This document shows positions 27,995-37,062 of a stretch of 64,000 nucleotides of DNA, piece by piece (the first letter of the stretch is position 1; the number at the start of each line of letters is the position of its first letter). Under the pieces are notes generated by a model. It was not told the origin of the DNA, searched no databases, and worked only from the letters and a program-made list of their open reading frames with translations. Position numbers and translations under genes: made by a program. Source of the stretch: a virus; IMG/VR virus record IMGVR_UViG_3300014720_000016; one strand, given 5' to 3'.

Positions 27995-28316
27995 ATCGAA
28001 GGTTGATTGTGTCAGCCCTATTAGATACCAGCCATTTGCCAGTAGGATCTACACAGGAGCCGCAGCGACAACCCGGACTTGCCACATATTCCATTTCAAC
28101 AGTAAAGCGATAGTCCAGCAGTTCCTCTACTGCTGTCTGCGCGGCAATGCGATCCGGGGCGTGGCCACTTGCTAAAACAGGCCCGCCCTCGATATTGAAA
28201 ACTTCCCAGGAATAATCTCTAGTCACCTGCGCTCGAACCGTGCCTAGCCGGACGCCGTTCGTAAGCGACCACACGTCCCCTTGTTTGCGCCAGTCAGCAT
28301 TATACAAACACGCCAT
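27927..28316 (-). CDS. hypothetical protein
   Basis: GGAG RBS. Confidence 0.7.
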   Translation of the reverse strand: MACLYNADWRKQGDVWSLTNGVRLGTVRAQVTRDYSWEVFNIEGGPVLASGHAPDRIAAQTAVEELLDYRFTVEMEYVASPGCRCGSCVDPTGKWLVSNRADTINLRFDSEEEAVAWILEQHGTAEGEV

Positions 28317-28334
28317 AGCATCTCCGTTCAGATC

Positions 28335-28595
28335 TCAGTGGGTAAATACAGTAAGACGCGGCAAGGCGTGATAGCCAAGGCCATCCTCTATCTTTACCCC
28401 CGAACTCAATGTTGACCAACGCCAGCGAGTTTCGCCATTATCTACAATAACTTCCGGGATATTATTAACGTGTCTATAAACACGGATTTGCCAGTCAAAC
28501 AGTTGAAGGTGCGGGTCGCCGTACACAAGCCTCGCAGCCTCTAGCCAATCCCGCTTCTCGTATGCCTCTCGAATCAAGTAGTTGATTAGCTTCAT
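28335..28595 (-). CDS. MKL family A small protein
   Basis: MKLINYLIREAYEKRDWLEAA..WRW. Confidence 0.8.
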   Translation of the reverse strand: MKLINYLIREAYEKRDWLEAARLVYGDPHLQLFDWQIRVYRHVNNIPEVIVDNGETRWRWSTLSSGVKIEDGLGYHALPRLTVFTH

Positions 28596-28903
28596 TCGTC
28601 GTCACTCGGAAGTGCGCCCAAAGCAATGGCACAGGTGCCGCAATAGCTAGTGCGGTTACAGCCAAACTTGCAGGAAGAAATAATATCCTTTAGGGCATCG
28701 CGCATAGTGGGCGCGGCTGCAATCAGTCGAGCATCCTCGCCCTCGCCTACATATCCACCCCAAACTTCCCCGCTGCTAACGCCCATGGTTGCAACGGTAA
28801 TCTCGAAACCATCCGGTGTATCCTGAATGATCTTTATCCAAGGCGAGCCATCATCTGCGGCAATAACTTCTGCCCGCCAGGGACCAGGTGTATACTTTCC
28901 CAT
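28592..28903 (-). CDS. phage TPGPW/ARLIAAAP family protein
   Basis: YTPGPW..DARLIAAAP. Confidence 0.75.
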   Translation of the reverse strand: MGKYTPGPWRAEVIAADDGSPWIKIIQDTPDGFEITVATMGVSSGEVWGGYVGEGEDARLIAAAPTMRDALKDIISSCKFGCNRTSYCGTCAIALGALPSDDE

Positions 28904-29334
28904 TATTTCTCCAAGGCCGCTTCAACAGCCGCAAGAATATCGTCCACCCTGTCGATTTGACCATCTGCCGAATCCCACCTGTTTAACATACGGCAGCATG
29001 CCGCAAGCAGCGCTGGGGCGGCTGCGATCAGGCGCGCATTAGCAGCGCCGGTATCCGTATGCGGATTGTTCACAGCGGCAATCTGGCCAGCAGCGGAGCT
29101 GATGACGCCGTCGCCATACAACTGCCACGGGCCAGGAGCATGGCCGGTCTCGTATTCCCACTCTGGCATATAACCAAAAAGAAAATCGCTCATCGCCTCG
29201 TCCTCTGACTGAGGAGCGAAGGTTGGATCTAGTGCGGAATCCTTGCGCACAATAGCAATTGCTTCTTCGCGAGTAACACGAACGCGCTCGAAGCCGCCGT
29301 CAGGAAGGGGGCGCCGATAAACCATGTGTCGCAT
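28903..29334 (-). CDS. fusion: 22818-like domain + TPGPW/ARLIAAAP domain
   Basis: TREEAIA..SEDEAMSDF then HAPGPW..ANARLIAAAP; AGGAG RBS. Confidence 0.7.
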   Translation of the reverse strand: MRHMVYRRPLPDGGFERVRVTREEAIAIVRKDSALDPTFAPQSEDEAMSDFLFGYMPEWEYETGHAPGPWQLYGDGVISSAAGQIAAVNNPHTDTGAANARLIAAAPALLAACCRMLNRWDSADGQIDRVDDILAAVEAALEK

Positions 29335-29342
29335 ACGGACTC

Positions 29343-29660
29343 CTACTTGTAGCGGTGGGGCATTGCATTCCACTTAGCAATTGCAAGGCGGCGGATCTCT
29401 GCATCCGTATCTTGCGGAGCATAATCCTCTACTGGAAAAGTTCCCATGAATGTTTTTACCCTGTACTTGCGAGTTACCTTTGGCGCAGGCACATCTACAA
29501 TAGATGCAGAGCCGCCTCGCAATCCGCAATCGGGACAGGCGATGTGAAAACTGGATCTCAATCCGGGACCAAAGCTGTACTCATAGTCAGGCTGGACCTC
29601 GACGTATTGCACATTAGGATTACCACAGTAGTGGCAAGGTGCCGGTTTATCTGATGCCAT
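29343..29660 (-). CDS. Lar-like (restriction alleviation) zinc-ribbon protein
   Basis: PCHYCG..IACPDCG..AIAKWN. Confidence 0.6.
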   Translation of the reverse strand: MASDKPAPCHYCGNPNVQYVEVQPDYEYSFGPGLRSSFHIACPDCGLRGGSASIVDVPAPKVTRKYRVKTFMGTFPVEDYAPQDTDAEIRRLAIAKWNAMPHRYK

Positions 29661-30330
29661 GATCAAGGATCTCCACCCAGCGCTTGGTCAAAAGTTCTAT
29701 ATAATCCGATCCGCTCATATTGCCCCAGCGATAATAGCCTAGAGCCCAACCGTCATTCGCCTCTACTAGCAAGCCACCCGCATCAGTAACACCTACATCT
29801 AGGGCATAGCCGGCTGGGGCATCGCTGTATGCAGCAATCATGCGATGGACGAACTCCATTTCTAACTCGACTTCGTCGTCGCCGTCATCATATCGGGATG
29901 CCCCTACGACGCGCCCGTTGATAATATAGGTGCGAAACTCTGCCAAGAGCTGGATGGGCGGCGAGCACCACACTGGCTCGTTGAGATCTATTGTCTCGTT
30001 TGCATCGGGTGCTATGCCGCCAGTGAATGCTTTAGTTCGCAGGGGCTTACAAAAGAAGCCGGGTGGAACGGCGGAAAACGTACAGCGCTGCACCGGCCTA
30101 CGCAGCGCCCAGCGCAATGATTCGGGATAGGTGTCGCTATCTGGCAAACGGATGCGGTTTAGATCAGCATACCTGCGGACAAACTCTACTGAGCCAACTG
30201 GCACGGTCGCACTAGGATCTGCTACCGGGACCAGTTCATCATAAGTGATAACCGTTCGCTGGTGATCTGTGGCCGCAAAAAGATTGCGCTCATCGCGGCA
30301 GGCCGGTCCTGACTGAATTAAATAATGCAT
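29647..30330 (-). CDS. ATP-grasp protein (R2K clade, DUF4343-like)
   Basis: PVGSVEF, F.KP..KAFTG, EFR, YALDVG, LVEANDGWALG.Y. Confidence 0.8.
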   Translation of the reverse strand: MHYLIQSGPACRDERNLFAATDHQRTVITYDELVPVADPSATVPVGSVEFVRRYADLNRIRLPDSDTYPESLRWALRRPVQRCTFSAVPPGFFCKPLRTKAFTGGIAPDANETIDLNEPVWCSPPIQLLAEFRTYIINGRVVGASRYDDGDDEVELEMEFVHRMIAAYSDAPAGYALDVGVTDAGGLLVEANDGWALGYYRWGNMSGSDYIELLTKRWVEILDHGIR

Positions 30331-30469
30331 ATGCTCCTGCGCACCTACCAGCAGCTACCTCCAGAAGGCGTCACAGGTATAGGCGTTGTCACCCACCTGA
30401 TGGCAAACAACCTCAGGAGTTCGTGGCATAAAGAGGCTGATAAAGATCTTGAAAAGAATAGCAAACACG

Positions 30470-30880
30470 TTAGCCCGCTTTCTTTGGGAAAGTCCATCTG
30501 AACGAGCAGGAATCTCCGAATTGGTATACCCTGATCTTCAGCCATCCTGATTGCCTGGCCGTCGCGACAGAGGCAGCATCCATGCGCAAGTCTGTCAGCT
30601 CGCCCACGTTAATCCTGATCGAAGTTGTTTGCCAAACAGGATCGCTATACCGCTCCCACTTTAGTTCGATCAGCCGCTTAGAGGGCTCAACATAGTACGA
30701 GATAAAGCCCCTTGAGCGGAGGTCTGCTTCACGGGCTGCCGCATCTGCGTACCATGCCTCCAGCTTCTTTATGCGCCTCTGATCAAATAACGCTGGTGGC
30801 AGTTTGTTGTTGGTAAAAAATGTAGCGAGGTTTGCAGAGAGGTTCTCCACTCTGACACTCGGGACGCTATCGAGCTTCAT
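30470..30880 (-). CDS. MKL family E protein
   Basis: MKLDSVPSVR..FFTNNKLPP; paralogue of 38419 and 46495. Confidence 0.75.
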   Translation of the reverse strand: MKLDSVPSVRVENLSANLATFFTNNKLPPALFDQRRIKKLEAWYADAAAREADLRSRGFISYYVEPSKRLIELKWERYSDPVWQTTSIRINVGELTDLRMDAASVATARQSGWLKIRVYQFGDSCSFRWTFPKKAG

Positions 30881-30906
30881 GGCTTCTCCGGGGTTTCTGC
30901 ACGAGC

Positions 30907-30929
30907 GGATCGGGCCGACCCGGCTTTAG
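30907..30929 (-). promoter_or_regulatory. recurrent oriented motif
   Basis: GGATC-GGGCCGAC-CCGGCTTTAG. Confidence 0.7.
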
Positions 30930-30957
30930 GCCCGGCGCGGCTTGCCGCATTCCGTCC

Positions 30958-31245
30958 TTACTTTATAATGGTGATCATGCCCAGCATACCGGGCGAGCCG
31001 GACCTCGCATCTTCCCACGACATATCCTGGGACGCACCAGTCTCTTCGTGCCAGCGCATAGTGCGCCCATCGCTAAACCTTATGCGCATAGACAGGTGCC
31101 TGATGATAGGCCCCCTGTCCCATGCCGTAATCTTAAACTGCGAATGGCGAGCCGGCTCACCGAAGTGATCAAGCAGGGCATCGACAGCGGCCGCGTAGTC
31201 GCCGGCAGCCAGAGCTTGGCGGATTAGAAACGAGCATATCTTCAT
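30958..31245 (-). CDS. MKL family A small protein
   Basis: MKICSFLIRQALAAGDYAAA..DHFG. Confidence 0.8.
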   Translation of the reverse strand: MKICSFLIRQALAAGDYAAAVDALLDHFGEPARHSQFKITAWDRGPIIRHLSMRIRFSDGRTMRWHEETGASQDMSWEDARSGSPGMLGMITIIK

Positions 31246-31595
31246 CCGGCCTCCCACACCAGGGTTCCAGTAACGCGGTCGTCTCTGCGGTAGCAGAAAA
31301 TGCCAACACTATACCTGCCCATCTCCACAGGACCAACCTGAAAGCCAGGAGGCAGGGCAAGGTTAACCTGAGTCATGTCCTCGCTGGTACCACGGTGAAG
31401 TGTATTTTCGCTTGCGCCTAGGCAAACAACACTCGCAGATGTGCAAACAAGAGTCGGGTACTTGCTCTTGCAGTCGAGCTCTACGAGAATAAGGGTTTCT
31501 GAAAAAATGGACACCCAGGCTGAAGCAATCTCGATTACTCCGGGCGTAATGCTTATGCCAACCCTTTCACGAATCTCCCAATCGTGCAATTTCAT
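31242..31595 (-). CDS. MKL-start protein (family C-like N-terminus)
   Basis: MKLHDWEIRERVG. Confidence 0.65.
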   Translation of the reverse strand: MKLHDWEIRERVGISITPGVIEIASAWVSIFSETLILVELDCKSKYPTLVCTSASVVCLGASENTLHRGTSEDMTQVNLALPPGFQVGPVEMGRYSVGIFCYRRDDRVTGTLVWEAG

Positions 31596-31872
31596 GCTGC
31601 GACCTCGTTGTTGTCCAGATTACAGCCCACGTTCCCTGCGCCAGAGATGGACCAGAATAAATACCCACGCCCCTTGTCCATGTGTACTTGCGATGGTTCA
31701 TTGTAATCCCAATAAAGGTTTTTGGCATTCTATAGTAAACATTAATTTTTGAAACGGGCAGGTCATTAGGGGAAGGTGGCGGCACACCATGGCGGGCAGC
31801 GACAGCGACAGCAGCAGCGAACCAGTCGCCTGCCACAATATGCTGCTCAATAGCCCAATCATCTAACTTCAT
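31567..31872 (-). CDS. MKL family A small protein
   Basis: MKLDDWAIEQHIVAGDW..RHGV..YTW. Confidence 0.8.
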   Translation of the reverse strand: MKLDDWAIEQHIVAGDWFAAAVAVAARHGVPPPSPNDLPVSKINVYYRMPKTFIGITMNHRKYTWTRGVGIYSGPSLAQGTWAVIWTTTRSQHEIARLGDS

Positions 31873-32143
31873 TGACCCACCAGACGTTTGCTATCTTTGG
31901 CTTTTTGCCCGGACTTCTCCATTGACCAGGAGGCCCATTCGCACCCGTACGCCACAGATAAACATCAATACCATGATCAACGATTACATTGCAGCCAGTA
32001 GCGGAGGGAGCCTGCCTCCAGCGGATTTCCATGTCGCTGACATCTGCATCTGGTATGCCAAAGTGGCTTAGCAGACCGCGCACAGCAGCACGCCCGTCGC
32101 CAGCATTCAGGGCCATCTGCATTTCAATATCTAGAAGTTTCAC
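31859..32143 (-). CDS. MKL family A small protein
   Basis: VKLLDIEMQMALNAGD..SHFGI..YLW. Confidence 0.8.
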   Translation of the reverse strand: MKLLDIEMQMALNAGDGRAAVRGLLSHFGIPDADVSDMEIRWRQAPSATGCNVIVDHGIDVYLWRTGANGPPGQWRSPGKKPKIANVWWVNEVR

Positions 32144-32646
32144 TCGCTGTCCTGCTTAGCCGCCCATGCCCGTGCGCGCTGAATGTCTACATCAGTCAGC
32201 CCAATATCGGGGTCAGGCGCGAAACGGAAAAGATTACCGGCCGGAGAAAAGTCCTCGCCAGTCGCTCGCCATTCTTCCGCAAGCAACTCTGAGTCATCGT
32301 CAAGCCAGATAATGCGTCTGCCGGTTCGCAGGGCAGCGGCAACAGCTCGCGGCTTCCAAAGCTCATCGCGTTCAGGATAAACGGGCGGAGCAGCAGCTAC
32401 CGGGAAAGGCCCGATGCCTAAGCGGGGACACAGCAGAGTATTTGCTTTATTGTTTTCGTTCCATGTAGTAAGCCAGTGAACCTCGCCAAGCTCTGCAACT
32501 GCGGCAGCGGCGCTACGGCTAAACCAAAGAGGGAAGCCGTCCTCGCGACAAGTGGTCCAGTCAGACCAGCAGGAAGGGGCAGGCGGCTGGGAGCCCGATA
32601 GAGCATTGAGTACGCCATCAAAATCTAGCAGCACTAGCGGACGCAT
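32140..32646 (-). CDS. HAD-superfamily phosphatase (Swiss-army-knife RNA-repair type)
   Basis: LDFDGVL, WLTTW, WK, WLDD, GLT motifs; GGAGG RBS. Confidence 0.8.
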   Translation of the reverse strand: MRPLVLLDFDGVLNALSGSQPPAPSCWSDWTTCREDGFPLWFSRSAAAAVAELGEVHWLTTWNENNKANTLLCPRLGIGPFPVAAAPPVYPERDELWKPRAVAAALRTGRRIIWLDDDSELLAEEWRATGEDFSPAGNLFRFAPDPDIGLTDVDIQRARAWAAKQDSE

Positions 32647-32676
32647 ATTGCCTCCTGTGATCTGTGTGGTTTGCGG

Positions 32677-33099
32677 CTATTTGTTTGGTGCGATATTATT
32701 TTCCAGAACTGGCAGTACAAGCGTCTGCCCCAGAGTAGCGGTCTTGAAACCGAGCGCCGCCATAATCTTCAGAAATTTTTTAGACTCTGCAATATCGCCT
32801 ACATTATAGGTAGGCAGCAGCTGCGCATCTGCGATGTTGTCAAAATCATAATCGCCGTGAAACCCGTGCCTGTTTTCGCATGGACCATTGGGCAGGCATA
32901 CCCCGTGGTGATATGCCCACTTCCAGTCGGTAGTGCGCCAGCCAATATATATCCCAAAGCCCCTGCTCTCAGCAGACATTCGAGGAAACACCTCGAAGGC
33001 CGCGTGCAGTTCTTCCAGCTTGGGCCAGCGGCAACCTAGAGGTAGAAGGTTATTGATGCGCAGGATATCCCAACTCGCCGCCCAATCATTGAGTTTCAT
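32677..33099 (-). CDS. MKL family D protein
   Basis: MKLNDWAASWDILRINNLLP..GIYIGW..WAYHH. Confidence 0.75.
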   Translation of the reverse strand: MKLNDWAASWDILRINNLLPLGCRWPKLEELHAAFEVFPRMSAESRGFGIYIGWRTTDWKWAYHHGVCLPNGPCENRHGFHGDYDFDNIADAQLLPTYNVGDIAESKKFLKIMAALGFKTATLGQTLVLPVLENNIAPNK

Positions 33100-33316
33100 T
33101 GCGCTCACCCGCAGCGTCAAGCAGCTCCTCTGATCTCCACAGGGAAGATGTGATGAAGCCCGCGGCATGGCTAACAAAGCCCGCCTCCGTAAAAGTTGAG
33201 CGAAAATCCGCAAAGTCCTGGTCGCATTCAGCTAGCCCGCTGAAAGCGTCACGAAAGCGGGCGATGATATTTCGGCTAGAGATAACTGGACTACTCATGG
33301 TCGCCTCGTGTTTCAA
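33086..33316 (-). CDS. hypothetical protein
   Basis: ORF in run; start likely MSSPV after GAGG. Confidence 0.55.
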   Translation of the reverse strand: MKHEATMSSPVISSRNIIARFRDAFSGLAECDQDFADFRSTFTEAGFVSHAAGFITSSLWRSEELLDAAGERNETQ

Positions 33317-33639
33317 GAAGCAAGAGCTGCATCAGCCGGATGCAGGTAAATGGTACAGCCGCTGTCCTTGCCCATGAAGATGGAATGTTCTACCAGGATA
33401 GCACCGGGGACCGGTACGTAGTCAGGAACCGACTCCCTGCCAAAAGGGGCAACAGTAGGCGGAGAAAAAACTCGGCCTTCCTGCACCACAACAAAGGTGT
33501 CGCGGCTGCCACCGTCCCAATAGGACAACAGGCGACGCGGGCGGTCGGAAATAACTACGCGAAACTTGCGACCCCTGTAGCCAGGAAAAGCGCGGCGAGC
33601 AAAAGCAGCAAGAGGATGCTTGGAATCAACACGGTCCAT
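33313..33639 (-). CDS. conserved phage hypothetical protein
   Basis: AFPGYRGRKF..SYWDGGSR..HSIFMGKD.G..IY.HP; GGAG RBS; 33 nt after motif. Confidence 0.75.
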   Translation of the reverse strand: MDRVDSKHPLAAFARRAFPGYRGRKFRVVISDRPRRLLSYWDGGSRDTFVVVQEGRVFSPPTVAPFGRESVPDYVPVPGAILVEHSIFMGKDSGCTIYLHPADAALAS

Positions 33640-33974
33640 CGGGTTCTCCGGGGTTGCGGGTTCGTCGGGCTGGATCGGGCGGCACCGGGTTTAGGCCCGC
33701 CCCGGTGTGCCTTCAGGATGCCAGTGCGAATAGCCGCAGCATCTGACAGCACACGCTTGTAGACAAGCATCTCGGGCGCATCATCGGGCACGTCATCATG
33801 GACCAGTGATGCAGGTACTGAGGAGTAAGCAGACGGCTCGTCGCCATGACGCAGGATTACTGAGCCTCCCAATACCGAGCGCCAACAATACCAGCCATCT
33901 ACTTCTTCTCCGTCGAGCAGGTAGTGCCCAGTGAAAAGGCAATAGATGCAGTCGTGACGATACTTCGGTTGCAT
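33555..33974 (-). CDS. hypothetical protein whose 3' end reads through the motif
   Basis: P.YRHDC..C N-terminus; AGGAGG RBS. Confidence 0.65.
   Translation of the reverse strand: MQPKYRHDCIYCLFTGHYLLDGEEVDGWYCWRSVLGGSVILRHGDEPSAYSSVPASLVHDDVPDDAPEMLVYKRVLSDAAAIRTGILKAHRGGPKPGAARSSPTNPQPRRTRWTVLIPSILLLLLLAALFLATGVASFA
33672..33694 (-). promoter_or_regulatory. recurrent oriented motif
   Basis: GGATC-GGGCGGCA-CCGGGTTTAG. Confidence 0.7.
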
Positions 33975-34249
33975 TACTTCCTCCTTTCATTTCCAACGAG
34001 CACATTCCCGCGCCACAGATATGAACCGCCGATGTCCGCGGCAAAGCCCCAGTCATTTACCCAGGAAATATATCCGCCCTCCTTCAGGTAAATAATTATC
34101 TCAGGGCCTGTCGGATCAATATCTCCTACTCGGAACCCGTACCCACTGAAGTCAATCTGCCGTTCAAAATAGCGGGCTACCAACTGGGCAGCCTCAAGCC
34201 AGCGCCGATCTAGCAGAGCCTCGCGCACAGCATAGTCTTCTAGCTTCAT
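33974..34249 (-). CDS. MKL family A small protein
   Basis: MKLEDYAVREALLDRRW..RYF..ISW..GF. Confidence 0.8.
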   Translation of the reverse strand: MKLEDYAVREALLDRRWLEAAQLVARYFERQIDFSGYGFRVGDIDPTGPEIIIYLKEGGYISWVNDWGFAADIGGSYLWRGNVLVGNERRK

Positions 34250-34638
34250 CAATCATACCAGCAGTACAGGTGATTCTTCTCTACAACAAGATCATCAGCT
34301 TCAGCAAACGCAGCCCTGAACCTACGAACCAGTTCATCTGTAACGGGGCCATTATAATCCAGCCCCTCAATGCTTGTGCGGCAGTCCGGGCGTGAATAGT
34401 GGACCGCGTAGCCGTGCGCAAGCATACCTGGATGCGCTGTCATAAAATCCAGAAATTCTGCAATGCTTGGCGAGGCATTCTGGCACTCAGCAGGATCTGC
34501 ATGGCCGCCATCAATAAGAGCCCGCAGCCGTTCGGCATCGAGCCCGTCAAAGTGACAGATGCCACCACCATACTCAGACCCGGACGGAATACGCAGCAGG
34601 GCGTCGCGGTCGAGCTGCTTCACACCTTTGAGCTTCAT
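34249..34638 (-). CDS. conserved phage hypothetical protein, MKL start
   Basis: QNASPSIAEF..HGYAV..R.D.R.SIEG..CWYD. Confidence 0.75.
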   Translation of the reverse strand: MKLKGVKQLDRDALLRIPSGSEYGGGICHFDGLDAERLRALIDGGHADPAECQNASPSIAEFLDFMTAHPGMLAHGYAVHYSRPDCRTSIEGLDYNGPVTDELVRRFRAAFAEADDLVVEKNHLYCWYD

Positions 34639-34657
34639 AGCTTTTCCTTGGAAGGGA

Positions 34658-34966
34658 TTACCAAAAACGCCACCACGGTTTGCGGGACAAGCCTAGCGCA
34701 ATAGGGGCGGCTGAACTTGCAGGAGGAGTAGGGGGAACGGGAACTGCATCAGTGTAGCTAGGCGCAGGCACTGTTGCCAGGCGCAGACGATCTCGCAGCA
34801 GCGCATTTACCACGGCAACGTGGTGTTCGGGTGCTATGCCGGAGAGATCGAACTCGCCGTTTGCGGTGCCTACTATGCTGCCGTGGCTGGTGATAACAAT
34901 AAAGTTTTCTATCACCACCTTGCCTGTACCGGGCACCGTGAGTGATGGCCCGTTAGTAACTATCAC
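34658..34966 (-). CDS. hypothetical protein with KPWWRFW tail
   Basis: GTGA-coupled start; C-terminal KPWWRFW. Confidence 0.6.
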   Translation of the reverse strand: MIVTNGPSLTVPGTGKVVIENFIVITSHGSIVGTANGEFDLSGIAPEHHVAVVNALLRDRLRLATVPAPSYTDAVPVPPTPPASSAAPIALGLSRKPWWRFW

Positions 34967-35208
34967 GGCAGACCCTGCTCGGCCTTTGCGGCATTGTAGA
35001 TCGCAGTCATATCCGCAAGAATCTTTTCTTTGCTGCCGCGCAGACCGAACTCGCGTCGTGCGATGGTGAAGCACGAAGGGGCTTTTGCAGTAAGGCGCAT
35101 ACCGAGCAGTTCCAGCTTCATGCCCCGGACAATAGTGCCGAGGCGGAAAAGGGCAACGCCGTCAGCACCACTGAAAACAACTGCTGACTTGCTAACTTCA
35201 ACTGGCAT
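34963..35208 (-). CDS. hypothetical protein
   Basis: MPVEVS start with GGAG RBS, 47 nt after motif 35255. Confidence 0.7.
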   Translation of the reverse strand: MPVEVSKSAVVFSGADGVALFRLGTIVRGMKLELLGMRLTAKAPSCFTIARREFGLRGSKEKILADMTAIYNAAKAEQGLP

Positions 35209-35254
35209 GGTTACTCCGTTTTGTTTTGCCCGATGGGCCGGGCGGCACCCTCCG

Positions 35255-35277
35255 GGATCGGGCGGCACCGGCCTTAG
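35255..35277 (-). promoter_or_regulatory. recurrent oriented motif
   Basis: GGATC-GGGCGGCA-CCGGCCTTAG. Confidence 0.65.
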
Positions 35278-35342
35278 GCCCGCCCCGGCATAGCTGCTGT
35301 CGGCCTGGCAGCGCATTCGATTTCAAATCCACCTAGCTTCAT
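35274..35342 (-). pseudogene. truncated MKL family A remnant ending inside the motif
   Basis: MKLGGFEIECA.. then frameshifted QADSSYAGA; stop is the TAA of the motif. Confidence 0.55.
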
Positions 35343-35644
35343 GGCGCCCAGTCCACATCTGCCCATATGGTAGCCCTCGTTCTATCGGAAAAGAGAGTTT
35401 CATACTGCATCAGTTCTCGCTTGTAAAAGCACTTGTAAAAGCAAGAGTCATCTTCTTCCCAGACATAGACAACGTCCCCTACGCGCACCTCTATCTCGCG
35501 GCAAGGCTCACATACTCTTTTGATGGCTGTGCATGAGGATAAATCTGGAAAAGTTACTCCGAAGTGCTGCTCCATTATCCTGAGAGCACCAGCCCAATCG
35601 CACTCGTCCAAGGCGCAGCGGATCGCATAACCCTCAAGCTTCAT
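35339..35644 (-). CDS. MKL family A small protein
   Basis: MKLEGYAIRCALDECDW..QHFGV..YVW. Confidence 0.8.
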   Translation of the reverse strand: MKLEGYAIRCALDECDWAGALRIMEQHFGVTFPDLSSCTAIKRVCEPCREIEVRVGDVVYVWEEDDSCFYKCFYKRELMQYETLFSDRTRATIWADVDWAP

Positions 35645-35656
35645 CGCGCCTCCAAC

Positions 35657-35929
35657 CTAAGAAGTGCTGGGCATATAGATGTTGATGACAATACCTGCAT
35701 TATACCAAGCCGTGCCCCTATAGAAGCCCCTGCCCTCTCTCCACGAATAGCAGTCCCTGCCGGCTCCAGTCCAAATCTCTACCTCGGGGACAAACATGGA
35801 GTCCACCAGCAGATCCAGACGGCAGTCATCAGGTATCGCAATTTGAAAATGATCCGCTAGTGCAGCAGCAGCTCCTCGCCAGTCACCAGCTCCTAGGCGA
35901 TCAGCGACCAGGTAGTCCGCTAGCTTCAT
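35657..35929 (-). CDS. MKL family A small protein
   Basis: MKLADYLVADRLGAGDW..DHFQI..YSW..GF. Confidence 0.8.
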   Translation of the reverse strand: MKLADYLVADRLGAGDWRGAAAALADHFQIAIPDDCRLDLLVDSMFVPEVEIWTGAGRDCYSWREGRGFYRGTAWYNAGIVINIYMPSTS

Positions 35930-36198
35930 CGCGTAAATATCCTGGCCAATGGTTTATCTACAAGAACAGACTGGCGACTCCAGAAACCATCGTATTCTTC
36001 CCACACATAGCGATAGCCGTCAGCCAGTATATTAACTTCTAGTGGCGAGCCGTCGCCCGTGAAGGGCTGCCCGGTTTCAAGAACGCTAAAGGGTAGGGCC
36101 GAGAATGGCTGGCCAAAATGATCTGACATTATGCGCAGGACTCGTGGCCAGTCCTTGTCGCCAAAAGCGATCAGCATTTCTGCGGCAGCCAGCTTCAC
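35926..36198 (-). CDS. MKL family A small protein (GTG start)
   Basis: VKLAAAEMLIAFGDKDW..DHFG..YVW..GF. Confidence 0.8.
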   Translation of the reverse strand: MKLAAAEMLIAFGDKDWPRVLRIMSDHFGQPFSALPFSVLETGQPFTGDGSPLEVNILADGYRYVWEEYDGFWSRQSVLVDKPLARIFTR

Positions 36199-36485
36199 AT
36201 ACGCTCCCAAATGTCAAATGCTTGGAAATATTTATACAGTGTGCCGGCATCCCTTGGGCCGTCAAAACCGCTTGTGCTATACCAGTAATATTTCGTATTG
36301 CGATGCACTACAATGATGGCGCACTTGAGAGTATCGTCCGGCGGCAGTCTGTTGATGGCCGGGCTAATGCTACGAGTTACCTCGGCAATCCCCGGCGCGC
36401 AGAAGTGCTCGGCCAAGATACTGCCTGCTGTTACATAATCGGCATCGTTCATAGCGCACAGCATTTTATAGGATAATAGCTTCAT
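36195..36485 (-). CDS. MKL family A small protein
   Basis: MKLLSYKMLCAMNDADY..EHF..YYW..GF. Confidence 0.8.
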   Translation of the reverse strand: MKLLSYKMLCAMNDADYVTAGSILAEHFCAPGIAEVTRSISPAINRLPPDDTLKCAIIVVHRNTKYYWYSTSGFDGPRDAGTLYKYFQAFDIWERM

Positions 36486-36748
36486 GGAACTTTACCCCAT
36501 ATAGCTATCCACTCATTATCATGTCCTGCTTTTACGCTATATCGCGCATCGGGATGCCAGACGTAAACACGGCCTGCTCTAGCGATCCGCACCTGATTAT
36601 TGGTTGCCTTACGAATGCTCATGTCCAGAATGGCGGGCGAGGCAGCGTCGAAACCCTCTAGGTTAAACACATCAGCGACTGCATTGGCTGCCGTTAGCCA
36701 GTCGCCGCGCTCTATCGAATCGCGCACAACCCAGTCCCGTAGCTTCAT
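36482..36748 (-). CDS. MKL family A small protein
   Basis: MKLRDWVVRDSIERGDW..VFNL..YVW. Confidence 0.8.
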   Translation of the reverse strand: MKLRDWVVRDSIERGDWLTAANAVADVFNLEGFDAASPAILDMSIRKATNNQVRIARAGRVYVWHPDARYSVKAGHDNEWIAIWGKVP

Positions 36749-36756
36749 GCTCTGCC

Positions 36757-37062
36757 TCACGGTACGAAAAACATTACGCTGATTCTGCTAGCACCAGGCG
36801 GATCATGTACGACTGCCCCGAAGCCTACACTCTCAGTCCAATAGTATTTGTGTCCACAACAGCGCACCGCAACCTGGCGTGATATCTTCGGGAAAGAGGA
36901 AGCCATTCCATAAGTAATCACATACCGCCCCCGATGACAGAAGTCTGCAAGTTCTTGCCGGACATTGGCGGGCAGGTCGAAGTGATGCGCTAGGGCTGCT
37001 ACTGCTGCCGCATAGTTTTGTTCCGCCAAGGCGGATATGATCGGATAGTCCTCAAGTTTCAC
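36757..37062 (-). CDS. MKL family A small protein (GTG start)
   Basis: VKLEDYPIISALAEQNY..HHFDL..YYW..GF. Confidence 0.8.
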   Translation of the reverse strand: MKLEDYPIISALAEQNYAAAVAALAHHFDLPANVRQELADFCHRGRYVITYGMASSFPKISRQVAVRCCGHKYYWTESVGFGAVVHDPPGASRISVMFFVP

